The notes under the pieces are model-generated. The model was given only the letters and a program-made list of their open reading frames with translations. It did not search any database and was not told the DNA's origin. A stretch of 64,000 nt of DNA, taken from the NCBI GenBank assembly GCA_037447605.1, contig CM074808.1, forward strand, positions 3,224,001-3,288,000, read 5' to 3'. Origin of the DNA: Zygnema circumcarinatum SAG 698-1b. Lineage: Eukaryota > Plantae > Zygnematophyceae. Made by a program: the position numbers and the translations under genes. How positions within the stretch are numbered: position 1 is the first letter of the stretch; each line of letters starts with the position of its first letter. Of this stretch, positions 1-13,077 are shown piece after piece.

Positions 1-652
1 CTTTCTCATATCAGGAACAATTTGAAAGCCCTAAGATGGTCAAAGTGAGACCGTTTCAATGGATCCATAAATTCCGAATATCCGGCTAACAAGAGGCCTC
101 TTTTGTGGGAACAGGTTGGAATGATGCTTTCAGGAATGGGGAATAAAGGGATTGATGTCTTCGCTCAGGTGCTCCATGGAAACCCTAAAAGTTTCTAAAC
201 TCTAGTAACTGCATAAACCACTAATTTTCATATTCTAGAAAGCACGTGTATCAAGGCTTATGTGAGAGAGCAGGTTTTTGGATGTTAATTATTCTTTATC
301 TTTTCTGTTGGAATAAATTTAAGAGGAGCAAAAAGGGAATGCGGGAATGTAGGCAAGTTGGAGGTGGCAGAAAAGACAAGCCAAGGCACTGGTGAGTTTT
401 TGAGAGGCGTTTGCTGTTTGTGGCTTCTTTCTTAGTTTTCGAGTTTGAATATTTCTTCCTGTTCTCCTTGGGCCGCTGGGAGCAACTGAGACTATCTGTA
501 TAAGTAGGCAAGCAAGCAAGCCGTACGTAAGCAAGTATAACATAACTACTAAAAAGATCAGTACCTGTTTTTTTGTCAATCCCAAAGAGAAGTCGGATTA
601 TGCATGACCTGTCTCATTTGTATTCACAAAGGGAACTCCGTTTGGCTTGCAG

Positions 653-1413
653 GATACTGCCCGAATGAGGAAAATGAGGGAACAGGGCCGCCAGCAGTCA
701 CAGTGGGGAGAATTTTGGGAGCCTGCAACTGCTTCTCAGGAGTCCGAAGAGCCGACTTCAGGTGAGGTTTCTCCTCTTGAGAAGTTCCATGAATGGGGCG
801 AAGTGAAACATGCGAGAAGTTCTATGCATGCAACCATCGTGTAAGTGATTTTAAGTAATCAGCATCCAAACATTGTTCCCCAGTTCTTTGTTTTGTAGCT
901 CTCAGCCGTCCGTTTGGCGGTTCGTGTCAATAGCATTCTATGGGACCGGCTATGTGTCAGTTTTTCCTTTATTTGTTTCGTTTAATTCTCAGTGTTTTTT
1001 TTTCCATGTTTCCTCAGCTAATGGTCTTTCCAAACGCAGTCTAGAATATCCCTAATGAGTGGCAGATTCATGTATGTCTGCTGTTTAAGAGCTGATTTAT
1101 GCTCAAGTAAGGAGCCGAAAGTCACCTTCAATAAGCAGAGGCTTTTAAGAACACTCTTAGAACTTGCATATCCCTCCCAAGTTAAAATATACTAACTTCA
1201 AACTCCATGATATTGATAAGGCTGTGCGTGTGGAGCGAATTTGCTGCAGAGAGGTCTTCCTCCTCAGGGCGACGGTACAACAAGGAGAAGATGGCGCAGG
1301 CAGCTGCTGCAGCTCGAAGGTGGCGCGAATATTCTCGCAGTGGAATGGACCGCCGCCCAACTCGCTATATAGCTGCTACCGCCGTAGAAGAAAGCGAAGA
1401 GGCTCGGGTTTAG
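653..1413 (+). CDS. 3' exons of an unidentified protein-coding gene (partial; 5' part upstream or unresolved)
   Basis: Exon 653-761 (ttgcag|GATACT...TCAG|gtgagg; DTARMRKMREQGRQQSQWGEFWEP...) splices in consistent phase 1 to 1250-1413 (ctgcag|AGAGG...; ERSSSSGRRYNKEKMAQAAAAARRWREYSRSGMDRRPTRY...EEARV*). No family recognised. Confidence 0.5.
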
Positions 1414-2502
1414 CTTTAATCCTAGATGAACCTAGAAATTCTCCTATTTGGGTGTGTTTCAGCGGTAGGGAAAGGGGGTTGGGGGGGATAGAATTGGTGC
1501 CGTTGTTTGGTTGCAGCTTCCCTATGCTGTATAGGTTTAGTATTCATTGGGAAGTACATAAGGTAGGAATGGTCTTGGAAGGCGCGGAGTCTGTGTAGAT
1601 ATGTTATTTTTGATTGTTTTGGCAGTGCACGTTTTTTTCCCCCGGAGAGGCAATAAGGGCAATAAGTCTGTTCAGGTTGCTCCCGATGCTCCTTCGCTCG
1701 CTGCTGTTGATTGGCTATAGAATCAGAGGGTCGTTGATGTGGGTTTGCAAATAAATTACCGTTGCCACTCTTTCGGACATAGTATTTAGTTTCGGATGTG
1801 CAACGGTTTGTTTTGTCTTGTGTAGATTTGACTCCGACTATGGTTTTAGAAAAGAGGCTTAAAGGGAATAAAAAATGGCATTGAACTCACGATGGCGAGG
1901 CTATCAAATGTACATGGACAAAAGCAGCATGGGGAATCAAGAGGGACGGGTGGCAAAGTACTTAAGCACAAACGAAAGAAGCTAAGATCGGAAAACTACG
2001 CCTAGGCGCAACAACGCAGCCCTAGAAGCAGCCGCGAAGATCATCGGTGTGAGGCTAAAAGACGTTTTGTTATTACTAAGTCCAAAATGACACATTACAT
2101 AACACGCCATCTCAAATCAACATGGCATAACATATCACATGCCACGATCGGTGCACGATGTACATAACTCTTGAACTTCATTTGTTCAGGTCACAACTCC
2201 ATGCTCATCTTCTAACAAAACTCGCTAAACAAAGCGACGGACTCACAGGAAATCCTTGTCCTCTGCAGTGTGAACTTCCCTTCTTGACCACTCCCGGCAT
2301 AGATAATTACAAAACGACGAGGGACCAACAAAGCTAAATATGCCTGCTAGGGACAATGGCCAAATAAAGGCCGATAGACATCAAGTAGTCGGGTCGCAAT
2401 CACAATGACAATTAGAATGCCTACTGAATCTTAAGGTGGGAATTGAAGAGTCAGTGAGAGCCCGATACGCTTATCACCCCCCCCCCTTACAGGGCGCGCA
2501 TT

Positions 2503-5500
2503 TCAGGGCCTGGTGGTGGATACTTGCTGGGCTTGAAGGAGCATTTGAGAGCCAGAGAGGCGCTGAAGGGAGAGGAAATGAGTGGAAATAATGTCAGCCC
2601 ACCAGCTCCACAGGAGAGACGCAGTGGACCTCCTGGATGTTACCAAACGAGAGAAGGTATGTCCCACTCTTTGAAATAATGTAATTCCCGCCTTGAGGTG
2701 ATCTGTACAACGTGATAAAAAAGCAGTCATGTGTGGACCGTCAGTCCCAGGGAAGATGCTCCTGCCATTCTGAGCATGTGAGAAGAAGTAAAAATGCATG
2801 GCCGCGAGAAGGGGCTCTAGGAATGTCTGGACTAGCGAGGGGGATGTTTGAGACATTCAAATGCATAGAACAAGCGTGGCAGAACGTTTTCAATAGCAGA
2901 ACAAAGATGATTGCGAGGGAATAGGAAGGACGTACTTGTCCCAGTCATTCTGCCCATTCGTCAAGACAAACTCCAAACTCTCCCCTTCAAGAACCAAGAC
3001 CTGCATTCCAGACAGGCTTATTAACAGAGTGCTCTCAATTCGCTTTCCACTGTTACTCTACCTCCTTGTTCATTGACGCTATCCAAGATTGCAACACACA
3101 AGAAACGTCATGTCTAGTGGCACTTTGATGGATGTCAAAAAAGTGGATGCTCCATCGAGGGCAAGTACAAGTGACACTCTCACGCGCAATGATCCTCCTC
3201 TCTACAGCCCGAATGAGGCCAAAAGTCAGAGCAAAAGTTTCCCGGATAAATGATATCGCCGCTACCTTCCATGGAGCCTCGTCGTCCATAGTATGCATTG
3301 TCTCCATAAGAACTCCGGGAACCTCTGTCCACCTGCAAATCGCTTCAAAACTACAAACGTCAATATCACGGTGAAGGAGCAGCAGCAGTGTAGAAATTCC
3401 TCTTGAGGCACGAGATAACTTACGGTTTGCTATCAATTGAATAGTGTAGATAGGCAACTTCCCATCCTGTCTGATAATGTAATGTGATGTGCGGTTTTAG
3501 CGGCAGATACTCCACTTCCTTGTCTTCATGAGAATGAGCATGCAATGATTCTGCAAAAAGAAGCAAAGTAAAGCAAGGGATCAGCTCAGGGCCATTACTC
3601 CTGGAGTGAGGAGGGAACTAGATAGTCAGAATCCACCAAACCTTTGGCACAGCTTTAAATGTTTGGTTGATTGGAATTGACAAGATTGATATTTGGTGCA
3701 CTGAGGCCGCACATTACTGTAAGCAGCCTAAATCCTTAGCAGCAACCTTGGTCTAATTCAAATGTGATTTGGATGCAGGTAGTAATGTGAGTGTAAATCC
3801 AAGCTACATCCTTCACTGATTTGGGGACATTCAGGGTACCCACCTTCAGCTTCTTCAATACTGACAGAGGCTCCGGCAACCAGGCGACTGCCACTTCCTA
3901 AGCTCTGCTGAAGATTTTCCCATTGATGCTCCTCTGAAGCTTCCAGGAGGTCAGTGTGCAATTCTCCCTCTATTTCTTCTGTTTTTTCTCCTTCTTCTAC
4001 TTCATTCTTCTCGTGCTCTTCTTCTTCCTTTGCTGGATCTGTACACTCTTCCGATTTCTCAGTATCCTCACCAACAGCTCCGACCTGCACCTCCTCTTCA
4101 GATCCCCGGTTCTCAACTTCCACTGCTCCATTCAATCCCAGAATTTCCTCTCCACCATCTTCCGAAGGCATTGAAACCTCCACTATTTGAGAAGGTTCTT
4201 CTTCTCCGCCCTGTTTCTCATGCGGATGAACTTCTATCGCCGGTTTTAACTCTTCCCCATCATTATACAGCACCCATCCAAAATCATCTATTTTTCGTTC
4301 TGTGGGTTTCAACCAACCCATGCGAGTTATCTCTGCCATGTTCTTACTATCAGGCCCATCAGATGTGCCTTCACCTCCTTCCCTCTTAAATTCACCTGCC
4401 TGCAATCTGTCCAAGCCGCCTTTTCGCAAAATTTGTCCCCTCAACGACGCTTCAGAGATCAATCGAATATCGTTTCGGATATCTGTAAAAAGAGGTAGCT
4501 GCGGATTATGTCCTGTCATCAAGGGCCCCATATTTTTCGAAATACTAATGGAATCAGCTGACAGATTAGAGCTAGACCTTACTTGCTCAACATCCTCTCC
4601 CCGTGGATTCTCTCCTCTTGCTAAACGCGGAATACTGAAGGGCTTTACTGCAACTCCATTGATAGCTCCCGCCTCTACTAGTGGCTGAGTTCCGGCTTCC
4701 AGCTGTGTGTCATCTCCCTCCGGCATAAAGGCTGGATACGGAGGATATATCTCCTGCTTGACCATCACTTCAACCTGCATTGCCCTCGCCTCTACTTGCA
4801 GCTACTAAGACAATCCTTCATACATTGAAGATTTTCAAATTAAATGGAGATGAGCCGGAAAGCCGCTGCTGCCTTACTTTTATTTCATTTGTCACATTTA
4901 GGACTCAGACTGGGTAGTTGTTATCTACAATTCCAGAGGACATGAAGGTACAGAGCATGGGGAATCTAAGTGTTCAATTCCGTCACTTTCAAGGAACGAG
5001 GCTGCCAAGAACTCTTCACTTATCTCTTTACTTCTCCTACATCCTTTTCACTTTTCTTTTCAAGCACCAATTTTCCAACTGCCATCTGAAATTCGAACCA
5101 ATTTCAACACTTACAGCTGATTTGCTGTCCTTCTCCACAACTCCATGCTCAGGACCGTTGGAAACTGGTGATAACTTAATGAAAGTCTTTGAATCGGCAG
5201 AACAAGGCACGGCCTCCTCATCCACATCCTCATGTGCATGTGCCAAGGGCCCACTTCTGCAATATTACGCAACAGCCACTCCTCAACTGAAAGCAACTGA
5301 TTGTCCAAAAACGTTTGATGCCTGAAAGCTTATCTGCAGGTCAACATCAGCGATGGATCCTGCGATATGGATCGCACATCTAAGGCAAGTAGTTTCTGCT
5401 CGCTTAGGACTAGGCCATAAATGCAAGCGTCATTGGTCACAAAGTTATTTTTTTTACATAAAATCTTCGTCCGTGCAGAGTAACACTGTCATTAAGGGTC

Positions 5501-7656
5501 ATCATTGACGGAAATATCTGACTTACATCATAATTTCCTCCACTTGAATGAATCCCGAGATGTACTCTTCTGGCGGGTCATCGAGTTTGATCGCACCGGT
5601 GTCAATGGACATTGTCTCAGATACTCTGCTCATCTCCCCTTCTAAGGCAACCTGCACTACCTCCATGATTGCCTTCTCCTCCTGCCCTTCACGTTTGCTG
5701 ATAGCTATGTCAATGGAAACAGTTGTTATTTCTCTGCTTTCTGCCTCCATAGAAACCTCACATTCAGTCTCTATTGTCCGGCCGTTGACAATCTCCAGCG
5801 CTTGGTTTTGAGCACTTTCAAACAAGGACACAATGTCCTGACTAGATTGGTCAGCCTTCACAGTTGCTTCCTCCTTGCTAGCAATATCCGTGACTACAGT
5901 TTCACCAACAGACTGTCTGCTACCACTTTCTTCTTCTTCTTTATCAAGCACAGAAGCTGAGGTTGATCCCAAATCCTCGAGGACAAGTGCTGAGCTTAGT
6001 GCGAGGTTCACTTCTTCAGCCGGTGAAGGAAGAAGGAGTTCTTCCAAAGCTAAATCTGAAGAAAGTGAAGTTGGAGATAAGGCTTCTACCGTTCTGTTCA
6101 TCTGCAGCAGCCATCCAGTTGAACACTTCCAGAATATCTGAGCTCCTTAACAAAAGACAAGTCATACAATTGTAGAAGTTCAGAACTAGTCAATAACCGA
6201 AGTTCATAGACATGTCAACAAGTTACCTTTCTTCCTACCTGTGCTCGGACACGCCGTTGTATCTCATCCCGAAAGCCGCCATACTGAGATATCTCCTTCA
6301 ACGATCACAAAAGCCCAGGTCAATATGGCAAATATGAGACTTCAATGCTCCGCTCAGCTCTGCAAGAATTCAGCTTCAATGGGCATCGACAGAAAGGTAA
6401 ACCAAAAAGCTTCATTGCCTTGAATAACGCCGCAGCAGACGACATAAGCCAGCTCTTCTCAAACGTTTCAAAATCATTTGATCACTTGCCAGCGAACACA
6501 AAGTGCATTCAGGAAGCATTACAAGGATAAGCCATAAGTTACACATATACAACGGTTGCAAAACAATAGTGCATACACTTACTCCAGATGGCGAAGCGGT
6601 AATATGATACACGTTGTCCGTGTCTGAAGCTTCCAACTCATTTATACCAGTGGCCTGCATGTGTTTGGTGGTAGACTCGTTTCCGCTTGATAGACTCTGC
6701 TCAGGAAATTGCTCCAGCAGTTTATCACTTTTCAAAGTCGTCTGTCCCATTGGGGTAGCTGGCAATGCGATTCCTTGACTGGTTTGTTGGTCAGAGCTTG
6801 CCAGTGCCTTAGTACCAGCCTTTGGAGAGAAGGCAAATCTAGTTGCGGACAGGCGCAAAATATTCTCCAAAGAACGGTATTCCCGCTCCAGGGCCTGCAA
6901 AGTTCCCCTCAAGCCAAGATGCTAAACCACATAGCTCGGACAAGATTCCGATTCCTTCACTGGCATCAATACCATCTTGAACTATATCGGCATAGGGGAG
7001 TGCTCGGCGAATTGTCCGAAGGTAGGGTTGCCTTGGTAGTTTCCAGCAGTTTTCACACATACCTGCAGATCTGCAGAAACTTGGGGAGGAACACGGCGCC
7101 CTGCTGTGACGCTGCGTTCAACCATTTGCTGCAGGAGCTCGGCTCTCCTTCTGAGAGCATTGACCCGCATCTTCAACTCCTCGGTCGGCCTTAGTAAGTT
7201 TCCAACTCCAGTTCCGCGATGTCCTCTAATAACCATGTCCTGCAGTTCTGCAATTTTTTGAACTAGAATATTTGATTCCAGTCCAGCATTTCCGCCTCTG
7301 TTATTCCTTGCTGCAGACCTAGCTGCCAGACTAGCGGCTAGTAACTGCAACCTTGATTCAAGGTTGGATACCACAGTTTCAGAATTAGAAACCATAGCAG
7401 AATTTACATTCTCTTTCGTGTCTTCTTCGATCCCAGGTATTTTCTGCGGATTTCCCCCACTTATTCCTGTCTGTGGTTTGCTGGAACAGCTCACTGGTTT
7501 GCTTCTACTGCCCCTGGCATGTCCGTGCATTATAAGTTTTATTTCAAGACTATCCTCCCTGAAACCTAAGCGCTTCCCCGACTTCAAATTCCAATTCTTG
7601 CTGCTGCTAGTACCTGCGAAAGTGAGCTGTGCATTGCACAGAGTTGCTGAAGCCAT
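2503..7656 (-). CDS. Large acidic/coiled-coil protein with putative plastid transit peptide and C-terminal CBM25-like starch-binding domain (multi-exon)
   Basis: Exon 1 7656-7063 starts MASATLCNAQLTFAGTSSSK (Ser/Thr-rich) and becomes helical. Exon 2 6921-6583 joins in phase 0. Long acidic exons lie at ~5524-6101 and ~3850-4790. Small exons 3550-3424, 3332-3266, 3000-2936 and 2702-~2630 splice in consistent phase to HITLHYQTGWEVAYLHYSIDSKPWTEVPGVLME...LEFVLTNGQNDWDKSPQGGNYIISKSGTYLLSFGNIQE, matching the recalled CBM25 pattern (Y.TGW...Y.HY...WT..PG..M...EFV.T.G...WD...G.NY). Middle exons are approximate. Confidence 0.65.
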
Positions 7657-8794
7657 GCTTGTCTAAACAAAAGTTTCTAAGACTTCTACAGATTTCAGAA
7701 GACACTGGTGTCACTTCGTATTCACAAAAAGTGCACGCGCGTCGACAGGATGGCTAGAGTCAATTGAGACGCATGTGACAGTTCCACCAGCTCTGCACGA
7801 GTGAAAGAAAAGATCAGTAGAATGAATAGACAATATGAACAAGCTCTACTTTCAGGCGTTTTGCTCGATCAGTGAAATCGGCAATGTTACTATAGACTGC
7901 CGCATGGTACAAAACTGCTACGGTGATCTAGCAGGAAGTTTGATCCTATTGGAACAAACATGGCAGTTGGAGAGATTCCTCCATTTTTTTTCATTTTTGC
8001 TTAACGGAAAGCGTAAGGCAACACTTGATATAGCATAGTGCTGTAGTGTAAAGCACAGAGTGACCACACGTTTTCAAGTTTGACAATAACATAAGCTCGC
8101 CTGTATCCTTAGAGAAGCATGCCTAATATACGTGACTGGCACACTAACAGGTGGGAGCCTGAAAGTCACCCTCGCTTCTCAGAAACACGGAACGGTAAAA
8201 TTAAATCCAATGCGAATGATCAAGTGCTACAAAAAAGTCTTGCAGCTGCAATATCCCTCGCTTGACTCGCTTATTTGCCTTACCAATAAACTCAGCAATC
8301 TGCAGTGAAGTTCATCACTTATGCGAATGTTCCACCATTAGAAAAACGTTCAGAAACAATAAAACACATCTAAGCAGCAGACAGTCATGCACATTCTCTA
8401 ACGATTAGTCAATATGCCCTCCCTGCCCACTCTACCTCGCGCGCATCCCACTCCTACTCACTCCCTCTCCCACTCCACCATCGCCACTTCCCCTCCCTCT
8501 CCCTTCACCACTGCCAGTCCATCATCAACTTCATGTATTGCCTTAAGCCTCTCCTTCCCGTCTCCCCCTTCCCACCCTCACCCTCCCTCTGCAGGCAGCT
8601 CCTCACCAATAGCGACCCTTCCAGAAGCGCTGTCCACAACAACATCGCCGTGGCCCGCCCCACTGTCTCCAGCTCCCTCCCCCTTCTCTTCTCCCTGCCT
8701 CCCTCCCTCCCCCTTTCCTTCTCCCTCCCTCTCCTACCCCCGTCTCTCTACTCCAGCCCCCCCTCCTGCCATTAGCGCCCTCTCCCCTCCCCCG

Positions 8795-8954
8795 CACGTG
8801 CGAACCCCCCTCCGAGCGCCACGTGGGCGCTCCGGCTGCCCACCCGCCCGCCAGTCCGAGCTGGCTGACACGTGGCCTCCCTCACAGCCATGCCACGTGG
8901 CGCGCTCCCTTTTGAACCGACCGCGGCAGCCAATCGTACGTTCGCACGTGCGAA
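8795..8954. promoter_or_regulatory. G-box/ABRE cluster upstream of the CBM25 gene
   Basis: CACGTG at 8795, 8820, 8869, 8894 and 8945, including GACACGTGGC and GCCACGTGGC contexts and the 14-bp palindrome TTCGCACGTGCGAA (8941-8954), in a GC-rich island. Confidence 0.55.
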
Positions 8955-10175
8955 GTCCGCTCTGGAGTGGCCGCCCGCCTCGGCCGCTCCCTACGGCCGA
9001 GCTCCCACCAGCGCTGGCGACTTTCCTAGAATAGGGGAGAAAGGGGGGGTGGGGGGGTCCTTGTGGAAGAGCGCGATTGCATGTTGCCCAGAAAGTGGTT
9101 TCATGCGCCTCTCGTCTCCTGACATGGGCCAGGAGGTCAAGCCAATGTTGGCCAATGTCTTGGTTCAAGTTTTCACATTGCTTGCGTTGGAGGAGTGGAC
9201 AATGTTAAGAGTTGCGCATTTGTTTGTGTTTGAGCATCGTGTAGCCTGAGGTTTGGATGGATGTCGCTGGGCATGTAGCATTGATGGTATTATGTCTATT
9301 TCTGCAGTGACACCAAAGTCAGCATAAAGCAGTGCATGGGTCTCATGGTAGGCCCGACCAGCATGATGGATGGATGCCCATGTTCAAGCTTCTCGCCTGC
9401 CTCTCCAAAGCATTCCAATCAACAAGCATGACAACTTTAGGGTTGGGAAACATTTTAGATTTGCATTGGGGCTTCCTAAAGATTATTTCCAGAAGGAGCA
9501 GTTGCCCTGCTCCTTGACAGCGGGAAATACAAATAAGTGACAAGCTACACAGGATGCAGAGAGCACCTTTCATTCCGATTTTGGACTAAAGAGCCTTCCA
9601 TCCTGTTCCATCCTGTTCATCCTGTTCTGTTCCTGTTCCTGTTTCCACTTAAACCAACTTGAGAGACATGCATGACATCGCTACCAGCCTCCCTTACATG
9701 CTTCCTTCCTTCACCATGTACAACAAACTGCAGAACCAGACAGGCTCGCTGCACAGCTCAGCATGCTCTTATATACATTGCCTGCAACCAATTGACGACC
9801 CCTGCCTTCAAGGAGTTACCGAACCACTTTAGATGCCGCCTTCTTCATGCAGCCTTAGTTCCGTCAAGGCTACCCTTGTGTCAATGTGCGCTTCAGTCGA
9901 AGTTGACCTAAGTCAAGGGGGCAGTCATTACAAGGCAGCCACCTCAATGTCTCCAAGAATTGGGAACGCCCAATGCCGGCCAAATGGCATCCTGCGAAGG
10001 CATGCTTAAAACTAATCTCGTCATCACATCCAATCCTAGCAACACGCACGACTTTGTTAAATTGCAGTGAATTCATGGGAAACTATATAGAACTCCGCGT
10101 TGTAGGATTTCTGGGTTTTGGCTTTAAGAGTTTCAAGCTTTGCTCCTACCTGTTGTTTCTGCAACGTGCTGCAGC

Positions 10176-11871
10176 TCAAGTACTGAGATGCTCCAACAGC
10201 GCCAGGGCACTTTCAATATCTTCAGGTCCTACAAACTCGTGTACTGCCACCTGCAGCTCAGTAGCACTGCCTGCCCGTCATTCTCACAGATCGCTCCAAT
10301 GCAAGCTCTACAACTGTCATGCTCTTCCCCGAAAACTAGACGCCAATACTTGATATTTTACGACGGTATCTTGTGAAAAGGGCACTTCCAAAAGCAGAGC
10401 AGTCGTTTAGGGCAATTTGATGCGCACCCATTGATCCGCTGTCATGTGGAGCTTAAGAGTGTCGCTTTTCTCGGCGCGCCGTGCTTTCTGACGACTTATA
10501 TTCTTCAACTTGGAATGCTCCAACGCAATCTGCAATACCATTCCCAACAACCACTCAATACTTTCACTGTCATCCTAATCTGCTACTGTAGGCAGCAAGA
10601 CGACACGTCACAGTATGTAGCAGCCGTTACAGCATGCATGCATGGCCTCAAATTCGCAACATTATCAGCCCCAGGGACAGGAATCGTGAGCTCAAACTTA
10701 CAGAGATTCGTTGATTTTTGTCAGAAACGTGAAAACAGACATTCTTGTCAGTGATGTACAAAGTGCCGGGGAAGCTCATCGGTAACTCAGGTGTGAAGCT
10801 GTTGTGAGTACAACGGAAAGTCTGTAACAACTTGCAGGGGAAGGCTGCAGAAATCGTAGCCGCAACAAAATGAGAATGGAGTAAGTGTACGGGCAAATTC
10901 ATATAGAGCACTCTGACAGACTCACTGTGGTCCAAATATGTCGTTCAAGACTGCGACCTCATAACGTTCAAGTTCCATATGCACAAACCCTTGGCACTGC
11001 AACACAAATGCAAGATGTTGCCTGTCACGAAAAGCGTCAGGTTAAGTTGCCCATTTTTTGTTATGCCTAATGGTACCTACCTTCTATAAGGCTCTCTTGT
11101 GCTGGGAGACCAAACAAGGCCTGCAAGTTAACCGACTTCTTGTCCAGAGGTGCCTCTACTCCTGTCTCTTCAGAACCCGAAATTTGCGGCACGAGTACAG
11201 CCTTTTCGTGATCCTGGTAGGCCTTCTCGCCCATATCAAAACTGCTCCACCAGCTGGAGAGTGTGCTACTAAGGCCTGTGAGCCCTGGCATCTGCAACGA
11301 CAGTCGCAGTCATCCATAAAATAAGCAGAGGCATCACGTAAATTCACAATTGCATTTTCAAACCGACCGCACTGGGACGTGCCAGTCCACCCGCTCCTGC
11401 CCTCCTTGTAAAACCAGTTTGCGACAACAGCGTCAAATTGCTCACCTTGCTACTTAGCTCCTGCACTGCGGCCGCAGCTTCCTTACTCGCAGTCGATGCT
11501 ATGTCCACCACATTCCTCCCAAGCTCCTGCACGTTGGAAGTCACCTGCTCAATGTCTTTCAAGGCGTCCTCCGGTGCCCACTCCATGGTCCCCACGTTCT
11601 GATCCATAACCATGAGCGACAACGGGTCATACGAGGGCAAACCGACCCCCTCATTCTGCGTACTTGCACTTTCAGAGGATTTCTCCGCCGCAGAATCCAC
11701 TTTCTTTCCGTCAAGAGAGGCGGACGCTGCGGAGGAAGCCCCGACTGTGTTAGGGGTAGCCGCAGCCAGATCATCGACGGCGATGGAGTCTGCTTTCTCA
11801 ACGATCACCGCCGGCCCCCCGAGCTCCGCCTCAGCAGGTGGGGAAGCCGCCATGGACTCTTGGCCCTCCAA
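10176..11871 (-). CDS. GRAM (PH-like) domain protein with acidic disordered N-terminus
   Basis: Spliced exons give ...VNLQALFGLPAQESLIE-AFPCKLLQTFRCTHNSFTPELPMSFPGTLYITDKNVCFHV-IALEHSKLKNISRQK...DQW-VAVHEFVGPEDIESALALLEHLST*. The FGLP..E.L...F.C.L...G.LYIT...VCF motif is typical of GRAM domains. Confidence 0.75.
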
Positions 11872-12530
11872 GAGCCCCTGCAGCTGCCACGCGGCAGCCT
11901 CAAATACCTGTCAGAATGCACATCAGCTGGCGGACATGGACATGACCTGCACAGAATTAGGGTTAGGGCTAAGCCGGCCGGCGGGGCGGGCGGGCAGAAG
12001 GACTTGGTCAGGGCGAGCACCTGAGCAGCCCATTTCCCTGCGTATTCTGGGGCTTACGTCACCGGGTTTTCCGGGCCCCTAAACGACAGAGCGCGCCCCA
12101 TGCATTCCGCGCAGGCTCACGCATATTCTGCGCCTGTTTTCACGATCCAATGACGTCAGCAAAACCTAAGTTGTTCACTCCGACAAACCGAGAAGCCGAG
12201 GGGGCGAGGGTCCCTTGGCGACCGTACGGTAGTCCCTCCGCAGTATGCATGCGAGCGGCCGCCAGTTCAACGGCGCGGGAGACAGGGCTTCACGCGATCA
12301 GCGTGCATATATGTGTGCATTTCTATGTCACAGTTTCCGATCTGTTCTGTGTTGTATTCTGAGCCCGTTGATCAACTTCCCTTCCATGGCTCGAGTGGCT
12401 TGTTTCCCATACCATCCCATAGTCCCATCCATCCATGCATGCATGTATGCAATCCATCGTACAATGGTGGGCTGCATTTTTTCAAACCCATTTCCGTTCC
12501 TGGCTGCGTGATCCATGGATGGTGCCATGA

Positions 12531-12655
12531 GCATGGCATGGCATGGCAGGGCATGGCATGGCATGGCATGGCACGGCATGGCATGGCAGGGCATGGCATG
12601 GCACGGCATGGCATGGCAGGGCATGGCATGGCATGACCTGGCATAGCATGGCACG
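12531..12655. repeat. (GGCAT)n pentanucleotide microsatellite with 30-bp higher-order unit
   Basis: gcatggcatg repeats with a recurring GCACGGCATGGCATGGCAGGGCATGGCATG unit. Confidence 0.95.
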
Positions 12656-12890
12656 CCCAAGTATTGTGCACGACTTCTTTGGCACAAAGTGCACAGCTAG
12701 CAGCCCCCCATGGTGCCCCACAGCGACTGACCATTGTCCGCTGCCCCACCAGGTGCCTGCCTGCCTGACTAATTGCCTGCCTCAGCCGTGCACCATTTAG
12801 CAGCACTGTTGGGCTCGTCCGGTACTTGGCATCTGGGTTGGGCCCCTTCTGACTCCCAAGTCCCAACTGCCAAAGCAAGAGGAAGGCTCA

Positions 12891-12913
12891 GGGTGGGTTT
12901 CCATCAGCCCGTT
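12891..12913 (+). repeat. Left TIR of Harbinger element
   Basis: Exact reverse complement of 18124-18146. Confidence 0.95.
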
Positions 12914-13077
12914 ACTCCGACGTGGCATCGTAATGGACGACGACCCATGGGTTCCAAGGGAGGCCGCTTTCCACCAACGCGGGCGCCGGCTATGGCCGCT
13001 ATAATGCCGAGGCAATCGCTCCTCAGGACGGTCCGAGGAAGGTGTAACGCCATTACGCATCATTCGTACCGCCACTG

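Noticed and set aside
319-585. 88-aa ORF with hydrophobic N-terminus
   Set aside because: Antisense to a probable intron of the + strand gene, with a non-ATG start and no supporting motif.
3758-7656. Possible LINE/LTR retrotransposon ORF1 (long acidic ORFs)
   Set aside because: No RT, endonuclease, integrase or zinc-knuckle motifs; the ORFs are bounded by GT-AG sites that splice in phase into one gene.
8414-9249. Pro/Ser-rich ORFs
   Set aside because: Translations of C/T-rich 5' leader tracts and the GC-rich promoter island.
12313-12878. HGMAW / MPCHA repeat ORFs
   Set aside because: Translations of the (GGCAT)n microsatellite.
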